Shown here piece after piece: positions 18,434 to 27,315 of a DNA stretch of 53,293 nucleotides. The notes under the pieces are model-generated. The model saw only the letters and a program-made list of their open reading frames with translations. It had not been told where the DNA came from and searched no databases. Position numbers and translations under genes: made by a program. Location: the NCBI GenBank assembly GCA_944381095.1, contig CALWJW010000002.1, forward strand, positions 1 through 53,293. Reading direction: 5' to 3'. This DNA comes from an uncultured Clostridia bacterium. Its GTDB lineage: Bacteria; Bacillota; Clostridia; Oscillospirales; CAG-272. How positions within the stretch are numbered: the first letter of the stretch is position 1; the number at the start of each line of letters is the position of its first letter.

Positions 18434-18998
18434 TTTTTAATTCATCCTTTGTCTCTTTTTGTATATTATCGGCAGTTTTTTTCTGTTTTTGGGCAGGATA
18501 TCCGAAAAGCATGTTTCGGTAACCTCTCAGTGTAAGCAGAAGGACTGTCCCGAGTACGCAGCACGACAATACTTCACCAAGCGCAACCGTGAACATGAGA
18601 TATGGCATGGAAGAAAGGTCACCGCCCATTATGGCAAATACAAGAACAGGCGGAATTATCAGCGTGTTTGCGATAACTGTCGGTATGCCTGCAAGCCTTA
18701 TGTTGACTCTGAAAAATTTTATGTAGTAAGTGCAAAGCACACCGATAAGGGTAGCCAGTGTTCCGAAAATTGTGTCAAAAATGCTTACTCCGAAAAAAAG
18801 ATTGTATATAAGACAGCCTACGGTTACTCCCGGAACAGCTGCCGCTGTATATACCGGCAATACACAAAGACACTCAGATATTCTTATCTGGACAGCCGAT
18901 GATCCGTCAAGTCCGAACGCCTTTGAAATGAGTGTGAGCACCACGTAAAGAGCGGCTATAATTGCCGAGCGCGTGATAAATAAAGTTTTCCTGTTCAT
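18426..18998 (-). CDS. queT: Queuosine-precursor transporter QueT
   Basis: A 190-aa membrane protein (RSAIIAALYVVLT...IRISECLCVLP). It is preceded by a preQ1-I riboswitch-like leader. Confidence 0.75.
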   Translation of the reverse strand: MNRKTLFITRSAIIAALYVVLTLISKAFGLDGSSAVQIRISECLCVLPVYTAAAVPGVTVGCLIYNLFFGVSIFDTIFGTLATLIGVLCTYYIKFFRVNIRLAGIPTVIANTLIIPPVLVFAIMGGDLSSMPYLMFTVALGEVLSCCVLGTVLLLTLRGYRNMLFGYPAQKQKKTADNIQKETKDELKND

Positions 18999-19006
18999 TG
19001 TTTTGT

Positions 19007-19050
19007 CTCCTTAGTTTTGTTTTAAGTGAGGATGGTTACGAACTCACTGC
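19007..19050 (-). promoter_or_regulatory. preQ1-I riboswitch candidate in the queT leader
   Basis: The minus strand reads CAGUGAG-UUCGUAACCAUC-CUCACU-UAAAACAAAACUAAGGAG. That is a 6-bp P1 stem, a UUC..ACC loop, an A-rich tail and a CUAAGGAG end that includes the SD. It resembles the B. subtilis queC aptamer AGAGGUUCUAGCUACACCCUCUAUAAAAAACUAA. Confidence 0.7.
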
Positions 19051-19055
19051 GGGTA

Positions 19056-19084
19056 ATTATACAATACTAATGACGATTTGTCAA
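19056..19084 (-). promoter_or_regulatory. Consensus sigma-A promoter of the queT operon
   Basis: The minus strand reads TTGACA (19084-19079), a 17-nt spacer and TATAAT (19061-19056), immediately upstream of the riboswitch. Confidence 0.7.
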
Positions 19085-19307
19085 TAGACACGGCATTTTG
19101 AAATTTGGGCCGGGCGTATGGAACAGATGAAATCACACGTCATTTTTATGTCTGATATGGTGGATTATATACAACCGGCATAAACGGTAAGCGGAAAAGC
19201 AGTTAATATTTGTCGTTTGCTCTGAAAATCTTTTCTTATTATTTACTGAATTTGAATTTTTACCCGTAAAAACAGTAAAAACTGCCGGTTGATCGCATAT
19301 TTTTGGA

Positions 19308-19336
19308 TTGACACAACGCACGTATTGTGGTATAAT
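19308..19336 (+). promoter_or_regulatory. Consensus promoter of the luxS-metF-metH operon
   Basis: TTGACA (19308-19313), a 17-nt spacer ending TGG (extended -10), then TATAAT (19331-19336). The leader is short with an AAAGGAG SD. Confidence 0.7.
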
Positions 19337-19368
19337 CGTCGTTGCGGATGTAAAAAGGAGATTTTTTT

Positions 19369-20061
19369 ATGAGTAATGAGATCAAGCCCGGTAGATACCG
19401 TCATTTCAAGGGAAATGAGTACGAAGTTCTTTTTATGGCAAAAAATTCTGAAACACTTGAACCCGTCGTTGTGTACCGTGCGCTCTACGGCGACAGGGGA
19501 GTTTGGGTGAGACCGGCTGCTATGTGGAACGAAACGGTCGAGTTAAACGGTGAAAAAGTGAAAAGGTTTACTTATCTTGGTGAAACCTGTTCGTCTATGA
19601 CAAAGATCGCCAGTTTCTGCGTCGACCATAATACTTTGAAAAAAGGAGTATATGTATCCAGAACAGACGGGGACGTGGTGACATACGATGTGCGCTTCAA
19701 AGTTCCCAACAGCGGCGATTACCTGCCAAATGACGGAATTCATACAATAGAACATTTGCTTGCTACTTACCTCAGAAACAGCGTGTATTCCGAAAGCGTT
19801 ATCTATGTGGGACCAATGGGATGCAGAACTGGATTCTACGTATTGATAAAAAAAGATGTGAGTAAAGCAGATGTAATTGAATTACTGAAAAAAGCCATGC
19901 AGTTCATCTCGGATTTTGAGGGTGAAATACCCGGATGCGATAAATCTGAATGCGGCAATTACCTTGAACACAGCCTTGCAAAAGCAAAAGCTGCAGCGGT
20001 CGATATGCTGGGCGTACTGAAAAACTATACGCCGGAAATGATGGAATATCAAAGCAGATAA
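19369..20061 (+). CDS. luxS: DUF1653 - S-ribosylhomocysteine lyase (LuxS) fusion protein
   Basis: The first ~72 aa (GRYRHFKGNEYEVL...VVYRALYGDRGVWVRPAAMW) are DUF1653-like. The remaining ~155 aa carry the LuxS motifs HTIEHLLATYLRN and GPMGCRTGFY. Confidence 0.8.
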   Translation: MSNEIKPGRYRHFKGNEYEVLFMAKNSETLEPVVVYRALYGDRGVWVRPAAMWNETVELNGEKVKRFTYLGETCSSMTKIASFCVDHNTLKKGVYVSRTDGDVVTYDVRFKVPNSGDYLPNDGIHTIEHLLATYLRNSVYSESVIYVGPMGCRTGFYVLIKKDVSKADVIELLKKAMQFISDFEGEIPGCDKSECGNYLEHSLAKAKAAAVDMLGVLKNYTPEMMEYQSR

Positions 20062-20071
20062 GGTGACGAGT

Positions 20072-20944
20072 ATGAAAATTGATGAAATTTTAAAGAAGAA
20101 AAAGACTATTTCATTTGAGGTTTTTCCTCCGAAAAAAGAAAACGCGGAGGTATCCGGAATTTACAGGACGATAGACAGTCTGAGGCAGTTGAATCCGGAT
20201 TTTATCAGTGTAACCTACGGCGCAAGCGGATCGAACAGCAAGAATACCGCTGAGATAGCGTCATACATAAAAAATTCTGCGAAAATAGAAGCTTTGGCTC
20301 ATATCACCGGAGGACCGTCAAGCTACGAGGATATAGACAGAATGGCGTCAGAACTCAGGAAAAACAATATCGAGAATGTGCTTGCTCTCAGAGGGGACAA
20401 GCCGGTAGACTATTCTGCTGAATATTGCCGGTATTTCAAGCATGCAACTGATCTTATGGAATATCTTTCAGGATATGATTTTTCACTCGGTGCGGCTTGC
20501 TACCCGGAAGGACATTCCGAATGTGATACTCTTTACGAAGATCTGATCAACATGAGAAAAAAAGAGGAAGCCGGAGCCGGATTTTTTATAACCCAGATTT
20601 TTTACGATAATTCATACTATTACAGATTGGTGAATGAAGCAAGGAATGTCGGTATAAAGTCTCCTATACTGCCCGGGATTATGCCGCTTACAAGCGCCAA
20701 AAATATCAAGAAAATAAAAGACATGTGCGGAAGCACCATCCCGCTTGAATTCAGAAATATGATAGAAATATACAGAGATAAGCCGGCGGTAATGGAAGAG
20801 ATTGGTCTAAATTACGCGGTATATCAGATCATTGACCTCATCGCAAAAGGTGCCCCCGGAATTCATCTCTATATCATGAATAACGCCGATGTGGCAAAGG
20901 AAATCCACATGCGACTCAGAAGGGTATTCAGTGAGCTTTTCTGA
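20072..20944 (+). CDS. metF: Methylenetetrahydrofolate reductase
   Basis: It contains SFEVFPPK, VTYGASGS and ALRGD. The start is taken at ATG 20072, after AAGGTGA. Confidence 0.85.
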   Translation: MKIDEILKKKKTISFEVFPPKKENAEVSGIYRTIDSLRQLNPDFISVTYGASGSNSKNTAEIASYIKNSAKIEALAHITGGPSSYEDIDRMASELRKNNIENVLALRGDKPVDYSAEYCRYFKHATDLMEYLSGYDFSLGAACYPEGHSECDTLYEDLINMRKKEEAGAGFFITQIFYDNSYYYRLVNEARNVGIKSPILPGIMPLTSAKNIKKIKDMCGSTIPLEFRNMIEIYRDKPAVMEEIGLNYAVYQIIDLIAKGAPGIHLYIMNNADVAKEIHMRLRRVFSELF

Positions 20945-21125
20945 TTCAGAAAAGAACCATATCATAGGCAGTCAGAGTATTCTGCAACCGTCCGGCAATA
21001 ACGATTCTGAATGCCGATATTCCCCGGCTGTTGAAAAATGTATATCGAACGATCCGGAGCATCTCCGGTCATAAGTGAGGCCACTTCAATTATTGTGTAA
21101 GTTTGAAGATCAGAAAGGTTACAAT

Positions 21126-23474
21126 ATGTTTCGTTTAGGCAAAAAGCTCCTTATATTTGACGGAGCGATGGGTAGTGAAATCGAAAAAAGAGGGTTCGCT
21201 TCGGTTTGTCCGGAAGAACTCAATATCACAAATCCTGACGTTATACAGGAAATTCATCGCAGTTACCGCAACGCCGATTTCATTACGACAAATACGTTCG
21301 GGCTTAACCGTATAAAATACAAAGGAAGTTACGGGATAGAGCAACTCTGCAAAAAAGCGATTTCAAATGCCAGAACTGTCGATAAACCGGTATTCTTTGA
21401 CATTGGACCGACGGGAGCTTTGCTTGCGCCGCTCGGCAATCTTGATTTCGACGAAGCGTACGACGCTTTTGCTGAGGTAGTAAGACTTGTTGAAAAAGAT
21501 GTTGACGGATTCATAGCCGAAACTTTTTCAGATCTTTATGAAATGAAAGCCTGCGTTCTGGCAGTTAAGGAAAACAGCGATAAGCCGCTGTTTGCCACAA
21601 TGACTTTTGATAAAAGCGGACGGACCCTTACCGGATCGACACCGGAAATAATGACATACACACTTGAAGGATTGGGTGTTGATGCACTTGGTGTCAACTG
21701 TTCGCTCGGTCCTGACGAACTTGGAGAAGTCGTTGACAGAATTCTGATGACTTCGCATATTCCGGTAATAGTGCAGCCGAACAGAGGGTTACCGGAGCTT
21801 TCCGGCGGTAAAACTGTTTACTCGATGACTGCTGATGAGTTTGCTGACTCGGTAGAGAAGTTTGTGAGGAAAGGGGTGTCAGTGATAGGCGGGTGCTGCG
21901 GAACTACACCGGAATTCATTGACACTCTTTTTCACAGATATGGAGGAAGGCAAGTCCCCGAGCATACCGTTCCATACGGTACTTTTATTTGTTCATATTC
22001 AAAATCCGTATCAATCACCGACGTAACTGTTTGCGGCGAACGACTGAATCCGACCGGAAAGAAGAAGATAAAAGAAGCTATTGTTAACTCTGATTTTGAT
22101 TTGCTTGTAGATGAAGGAATCAGTCAGATCGAAGCAGGAGCAGACCTTCTTGATGTCAATGTCGGCATACCGAAAATTGACGAACCGACCGTCATGAAAA
22201 ATCTTGTAAAATATCTGCAAGAGTATATAAGCGCTCCGCTTCAGCTTGACTCATCAGATCCGGTCGCCATAGAAGCCGGCGCAAGATATTACAACGGAAT
22301 ACCGCTGATAAACAGTGTTTCAGGAAAAGATGAGGTAATGCGTAAGGTGTTTCCGATAGTAAAAAAATACGGGGCGATCGTTATCGGACTAACACTTGAC
22401 GAAAACGGAATACCGGATACGGCGGAAGAGAGGGCGGCAATCGCCGAGAAAATAATAAAAACTGCGGAATCGTACGGAATATGCCGGAGCAGAGTTATCA
22501 TAGATACCTTAGTGCTTACCGCTTCGGCAGAACAAAAATTGGTAAATGAAACGCTCAGAGCATTGACAATGGTAAGAAAGCTTGGCGTTAAAACCGCTCT
22601 CGGCGTCTCTAACGTGTCGTATGGTTTACCGGAAAGATCACTTCTCAACAGAACATTTCTTGTAATGGCATTGAATTCGGGACTGAGTATGCCGATCATG
22701 AATCCGCTGGACAGAGATATGGTCAATGCGGTCAAGGCTTTCAAAGTTCTTAAAGGTATTGACAGTAACTCTGCCCAATATATTGCGGAGTTTACAGATG
22801 CAGTCCAACAGGAGACGACTGTCGCTAAAACGTTGCCCGATGACAGTATAATGCTTTCTTATGCAGTAAAATCAGGACTGAAAAGCGAAGTTGTGCAAAT
22901 TACAGATAGATTGTTGAAATCAATTTCGCCTATTGATATTATCAACAATATATTGATAAAGTCATTGGAGGAAATCGGAAAGGATTATGAAACAGGCAAA
23001 ATCTTTTTGCCGCAGCTGATGTCGTCGGCAGAAGCTGCAAAGACGGCATTTGATTATGTATCAAGTCGGATAAATCAATCGAATAAACAAAAAAACAAAG
23101 CAACGATCGTTGTTGCAACGGTGCGCGGAGATATTCATGACATAGGAAAAAATATTGTAAAAACAGTGTTGGAGTCCTACGGATTTTGTGTTATAGATCT
23201 CGGCAAAGACACCCCGGTTGAAAAAATTTGTGAGGCTTGCAATAAATACAGACCTTTGGCGGTAGGTCTGTCAGCGCTGATGACAACCACTGTACCGTCA
23301 ATGGAAAACACTATAAAAGCCGTCAGAAAAGTTGATAAAAATGTGAAGATAATAGTGGGCGGAGCAGTTCTGACAGCTGAAATTGCCGAATCCATAGGGG
23401 CTGATTTTTACGCCAAAGACGCACTTGCGACGGTAAGCATAATGAATTCTTTGTCAGAAATACAAAAAAACTAA
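21126..23474 (+). CDS. metH: Cobalamin-dependent methionine synthase, short form without the reactivation domain
   Basis: It has a homocysteine S-methyltransferase domain (GGCCGTTPEF), a pterin-binding domain and a B12-binding domain (DIHDIGKNIV, SALMTT, GGA). It is 782 aa from ATG 21126, and no AdoMet-binding activation domain follows. Confidence 0.85.
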   Translation: MFRLGKKLLIFDGAMGSEIEKRGFASVCPEELNITNPDVIQEIHRSYRNADFITTNTFGLNRIKYKGSYGIEQLCKKAISNARTVDKPVFFDIGPTGALLAPLGNLDFDEAYDAFAEVVRLVEKDVDGFIAETFSDLYEMKACVLAVKENSDKPLFATMTFDKSGRTLTGSTPEIMTYTLEGLGVDALGVNCSLGPDELGEVVDRILMTSHIPVIVQPNRGLPELSGGKTVYSMTADEFADSVEKFVRKGVSVIGGCCGTTPEFIDTLFHRYGGRQVPEHTVPYGTFICSYSKSVSITDVTVCGERLNPTGKKKIKEAIVNSDFDLLVDEGISQIEAGADLLDVNVGIPKIDEPTVMKNLVKYLQEYISAPLQLDSSDPVAIEAGARYYNGIPLINSVSGKDEVMRKVFPIVKKYGAIVIGLTLDENGIPDTAEERAAIAEKIIKTAESYGICRSRVIIDTLVLTASAEQKLVNETLRALTMVRKLGVKTALGVSNVSYGLPERSLLNRTFLVMALNSGLSMPIMNPLDRDMVNAVKAFKVLKGIDSNSAQYIAEFTDAVQQETTVAKTLPDDSIMLSYAVKSGLKSEVVQITDRLLKSISPIDIINNILIKSLEEIGKDYETGKIFLPQLMSSAEAAKTAFDYVSSRINQSNKQKNKATIVVATVRGDIHDIGKNIVKTVLESYGFCVIDLGKDTPVEKICEACNKYRPLAVGLSALMTTTVPSMENTIKAVRKVDKNVKIIVGGAVLTAEIAESIGADFYAKDALATVSIMNSLSEIQKN

Positions 23475-23694
23475 TAGTGTTGGGTGCAAATCAAGCTCGG
23501 AACATATATGGACCTTTAATATTTGTTTTGCGTTTCTTTATCGTTTTGGATTATTTACTGTTATATAGCTGTTTCGGTATTTACAAAATGACTTTTGTTT
23601 AACTCCGCAGTTTACAGTAAAAAAAAGCAGGCTTCCGACAGTTATTTGCGATACTGAACTCCTGCAAATATTTTTTTAACTGAAAAATTTATTA

Positions 23695-23730
23695 AAAAAA
23701 CTGTCAGATCCTGAACTCCGACAGTTTTTT
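23695..23730. terminator. Weak bidirectional hairpin between metH and the methyltransferase gene
   Basis: AAAAAACTGTC ... GACAGTTTTTT, with A- and T-tracts on either side. The GC part of the stem is only 5 bp and the loop is 14 nt. Confidence 0.35.
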
Positions 23731-23841
23731 GTATATGTTTTGTTTGTGTGAATTACCGGTAATCTTACAGTTTTGAAATAACTATCTTCAAAAGTCATGG
23801 TATGTTCAAGTCGAAATATTGCTTTTTGGATATGCCTGTGA

Positions 23842-24510
23842 TTATTTCTTCCATACAAGCAGATATCGCCAAAATAACTTTCGTTTAAGTTGTATTTCAG
23901 GCAAAGTATTTAAGGCAATCTCTTTAATTTCACGCACACTGTGATAACTGTCGTGCTGACCGTGATTGTCCCAGGCAATTTTAGTGAGTTTATCCGACCC
24001 GGAAAAACTGCGTTTTTTTAAAGAGCTGACAAAAAAGTTTGGAATAACGGCAAATCCCCAAAATATTTTTTCCGGTATGGAATCGGAACGTGGAATATCC
24101 AGGATAATGAGCTTACCGCCTTTGTTCAGCTTTCTCAGAGCAAATTCAAATATCCAATCGTCAGGCAGATGATGAACTGTTGCCACCGAGATTATTACAT
24201 CAAATGTCATATCGGAAAAATTAAAGTCAAGAATATCAGCACAGATATAACTGATATTTTTCCTTGAATTGCTGTTTTTTGCATAGGCGATCATATTTTC
24301 TGCAAAATCTACCGCTATTACATTTCTGCATTTTTTTGAAAGTAAGACGCTAAGATCTCCTTTACCGCAACCGATTTCAAGACAATTTACTGCGTTTTCA
24401 GGGATTAACTTGATTAAAGATTTGTAATAACAATTGTTATGATTCCATTTGTTTTTTTCATCGATTAAAGCAATTTCATTAAAGTCGTTTTTTATTAATT
24501 CCGATTGCAT
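23842..24510 (-). CDS. Class I SAM-dependent methyltransferase
   Basis: Motif I is LEIGCGKGDL and the post-I motif is VIAVDF. It is 222 aa; the substrate is unknown. Confidence 0.75.
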   Translation of the reverse strand: MQSELIKNDFNEIALIDEKNKWNHNNCYYKSLIKLIPENAVNCLEIGCGKGDLSVLLSKKCRNVIAVDFAENMIAYAKNSNSRKNISYICADILDFNFSDMTFDVIISVATVHHLPDDWIFEFALRKLNKGGKLIILDIPRSDSIPEKIFWGFAVIPNFFVSSLKKRSFSGSDKLTKIAWDNHGQHDSYHSVREIKEIALNTLPEIQLKRKLFWRYLLVWKK

Positions 24511-24650
24511 GATATTTTATTATTCCCCCTCGCTTAAATTAGCATTATATTGAGTGAATTTAGGTCTTTTCGCGCGGTTTTTCGGGGGATTTGATCGAGA
24601 TTTTCCGCTTCGTCTATGGAGTCTGCGAAAAAAACGGTATCAAAATAGTA

Positions 24651-27176
24651 TCAACGGTAAAATTTTACCGGACCCAAAAGTCCGCTGGGCTTTATGAGCA
24701 TAAACTTGGAAAAAATGTCACGCTGCTCAAAAACACAGGTGTTGGCAACCGTGATCTCAAGGGTGTTCTCACCTTCCTGGACGGCATCTGAAATATCAAA
24801 GCGGTAGGGAGCAAAGATACGCACACCCACTTTCTTGCCATTCAGCTTTACCTCCGCCGTCTGACCGACTGTACCAAGGTCGAGGACACTATGCCTCGTG
24901 GGATCGAGTGTTACGGTGGCGGTATAGCGGATATTACCCGTGAAATCGGGCATCTCATCGGGATCGGTGATGCTTTTAAGCTCTGTTGACGTCTTATATG
25001 GCTTGTAGTCGGGAAGCTCGCTCTCTCTGCAATATTCGACCGTCCATTCGGCATTCAACTCGCAGGCTTCACCCTCGGGCTCTTTTATAAGGCTCTCCGA
25101 GCCAACGGGTAGGTCTGCGCCTGTAAACAGAACGAGAAGGTTATTCGGATAAAGGGTAAGCGGGATCTCTCCATCATCGCTATGGCGAAGCTCTGCCCTA
25201 TTTTCAAAAGCATCCCAAACAAGGTAATCCCCACCTGCAAAGCCGCTGAGGCGCAAGGTGACCGATGCTTTTTTCAAGCCCTCGGCAGATAGAATATAGC
25301 ACTGCTCACCTCCTCGGTCGTAATGGGAGTAGCGGACATATTTACTCTCTCCGCTCACCGTTACGTCGCGATATTTTTCCATATAACTGACAAGACCATC
25401 GAGCCCAACCAACCTATATCCGTCAATTCCTCGCTCTCCCACGCACACGACGCGCTCCTTGAGCCTCTTTAGCTTATTTAAGCTTTTCTCGCTGTAATAG
25501 GAGCTGTACGGAAGAAGGATCACGGGATAAAATTCCCCGCATATATATCCGTCATCCGATATATCATCGAGTCTGTCGAAGGGAATGATATCGTAATCGA
25601 GCTGTGCGTCGCAGAGCGCCTTGCATATGTCCTTATTGTCTGTATAATCATTGGTTGCCCAGCTTGCCTCGGCATCGTAAACCACCGCGCAGGTAGGCAC
25701 GTGAATTGCCCCGTCTGTAAGCGCGCACATACGGTTCATATAGCTCATCAGCATACCGAAATACTTGTATTGAGGATTTCTTCCCGTGTTGTAGAAGTTG
25801 GGAGGGCAATCGGTGTCATTCTCTTTGGGTGAGAAGGCGTGAGGGACGAAGTAGTTTATACCTCTTACAAGGAAGTGGTCGGCAAGTCCCTTCATAAATT
25901 CGGTGTCCTCAGCCCAGCCGAAGGCGCCGAATATCTCGCACATAGCGCGTCCATTTTTCAAAGGCTCGGTATGTGCCGCCGAAGATCCAAGCTTGCCGAG
26001 TATATAGTGGAACATTCGGTTGTCCATCTCGCGGTAGGAAACGCATCCTGTATTGGATATATCTGTAAGTCCGGGAATAATCTGATGAAGAACAACATCA
26101 ATCCCCGACATATGCTGACCCTCAAGGGCGCGGAAATAATGCCCCGTGCCGTAGCCGGTTGCTTTGTGCGCACCGTTATCCTCGATCACGTGTCCGATAG
26201 ACATAACGCCGTGAGACTCGCACCAGCGACCTATCCTTTTGCAGAAATTTTCGGAATACAGCTCGGTTATTTTATCCATATAGCTCTCGCGTACTTCTCC
26301 GTGTGAGCCGTCAGCAAAGTCATACCACAGCCTGCAGAGCATCGCCATTGCGTCCTTGCCGTATTTCTCGCTGAAGCTATCCAAAAGCGAATTTTCCCAG
26401 GGATAGCCCGCAAAGCGATCTCCCATACCGATGACGGAATGGCTCCTGCCGTAATCATTATGGAACGCGGGCTCGTCTGTAAAGAAGCCCAGGAGAGTGT
26501 CTCCGAAGTCCTCCTTAAATCTCTTGTAATGCCCCTCGTATACCTCCTCGATATAGGCATCGGTTGCCTCGGGAGACAAAGGATTGCCGTATATTCGTTT
26601 CGACGGATGAAGATCAGACTGAGATCTTATAAGAAGCAGGATCGACCAGATTCCCTCGGGCAGATCGAAGTAATACCTGCCGTGGGAAAAGCTGTCCGAA
26701 ATATCAATATAAGTGCCGTCAAAGGAGCTGCCGTCCTCTGTGCGACGGAGAGCTACCGCACCGATGAAGCTATCCTCGGGAAGCTCCTTATGCTCATTCG
26801 CAAGCACGCTACCCGACGTGACAGGACCCACTACGTCAACTCGCCTTGCGTGAATGCAGGACGCACGTAGGTGCTTGTTCTCCTCTTTTTGAAAAACACC
26901 GTTGGCATATCCGGAGGGGAAATGCTTGTCGTCGAGGATCCACAGCTTCATACTAAGGGACTTGCAGGTATCGAGGATAAGCCGTACGTCCTCCCACCAA
27001 TCCTCGCGGCAAAACTCACCGTGCGTGCGCGATTCGATACACACCGCGCCAATGCCGCAATCATGGATGCGCTGAAGCTCGTTTACAATAAGACTGTCAT
27101 CTTCGTTATGTAACCAGAGGAACGGAGCAATATAATTTTCAGAATGTCCGTTTATAATATTCAATAATGAATTCAT
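24651..27176 (-). CDS. Large putative glycoside hydrolase with a C-terminal jelly-roll/galactose-binding-like domain
   Basis: An 841-aa uninterrupted ORF. The C-terminal FTGNIRYTATVTL...VKLNGKKVGVRIFAPYRFDIS...NTLEITVANT resembles sugar-binding jelly-roll domains of GH2/GH106-like enzymes. I cannot assign a family by eye. Confidence 0.5.
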   Translation of the reverse strand: MNSLLNIINGHSENYIAPFLWLHNEDDSLIVNELQRIHDCGIGAVCIESRTHGEFCREDWWEDVRLILDTCKSLSMKLWILDDKHFPSGYANGVFQKEENKHLRASCIHARRVDVVGPVTSGSVLANEHKELPEDSFIGAVALRRTEDGSSFDGTYIDISDSFSHGRYYFDLPEGIWSILLLIRSQSDLHPSKRIYGNPLSPEATDAYIEEVYEGHYKRFKEDFGDTLLGFFTDEPAFHNDYGRSHSVIGMGDRFAGYPWENSLLDSFSEKYGKDAMAMLCRLWYDFADGSHGEVRESYMDKITELYSENFCKRIGRWCESHGVMSIGHVIEDNGAHKATGYGTGHYFRALEGQHMSGIDVVLHQIIPGLTDISNTGCVSYREMDNRMFHYILGKLGSSAAHTEPLKNGRAMCEIFGAFGWAEDTEFMKGLADHFLVRGINYFVPHAFSPKENDTDCPPNFYNTGRNPQYKYFGMLMSYMNRMCALTDGAIHVPTCAVVYDAEASWATNDYTDNKDICKALCDAQLDYDIIPFDRLDDISDDGYICGEFYPVILLPYSSYYSEKSLNKLKRLKERVVCVGERGIDGYRLVGLDGLVSYMEKYRDVTVSGESKYVRYSHYDRGGEQCYILSAEGLKKASVTLRLSGFAGGDYLVWDAFENRAELRHSDDGEIPLTLYPNNLLVLFTGADLPVGSESLIKEPEGEACELNAEWTVEYCRESELPDYKPYKTSTELKSITDPDEMPDFTGNIRYTATVTLDPTRHSVLDLGTVGQTAEVKLNGKKVGVRIFAPYRFDISDAVQEGENTLEITVANTCVFEQRDIFSKFMLIKPSGLLGPVKFYR

Positions 27177-27315
27177 TTTATGTATTTATCCCTCATGTAT
27201 AAATTTTTCGTATATTTGATATGCGCATCTAAATTCACATTTTGCTTTGCCAAAGGTTATATATGACCGTTTCTGCGAAACGATCATAGTTGATCGAGTG
27301 GAATAATCCAGAGGC

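Noticed and set aside
20889-21074. A 61-aa ORF bridging the metF end and the metF-metH spacer, considered as a possible MetH accessory subunit.
   Set aside because: It overlaps metF out of frame, has no SD and resembles no methionine-synthase activation domain.
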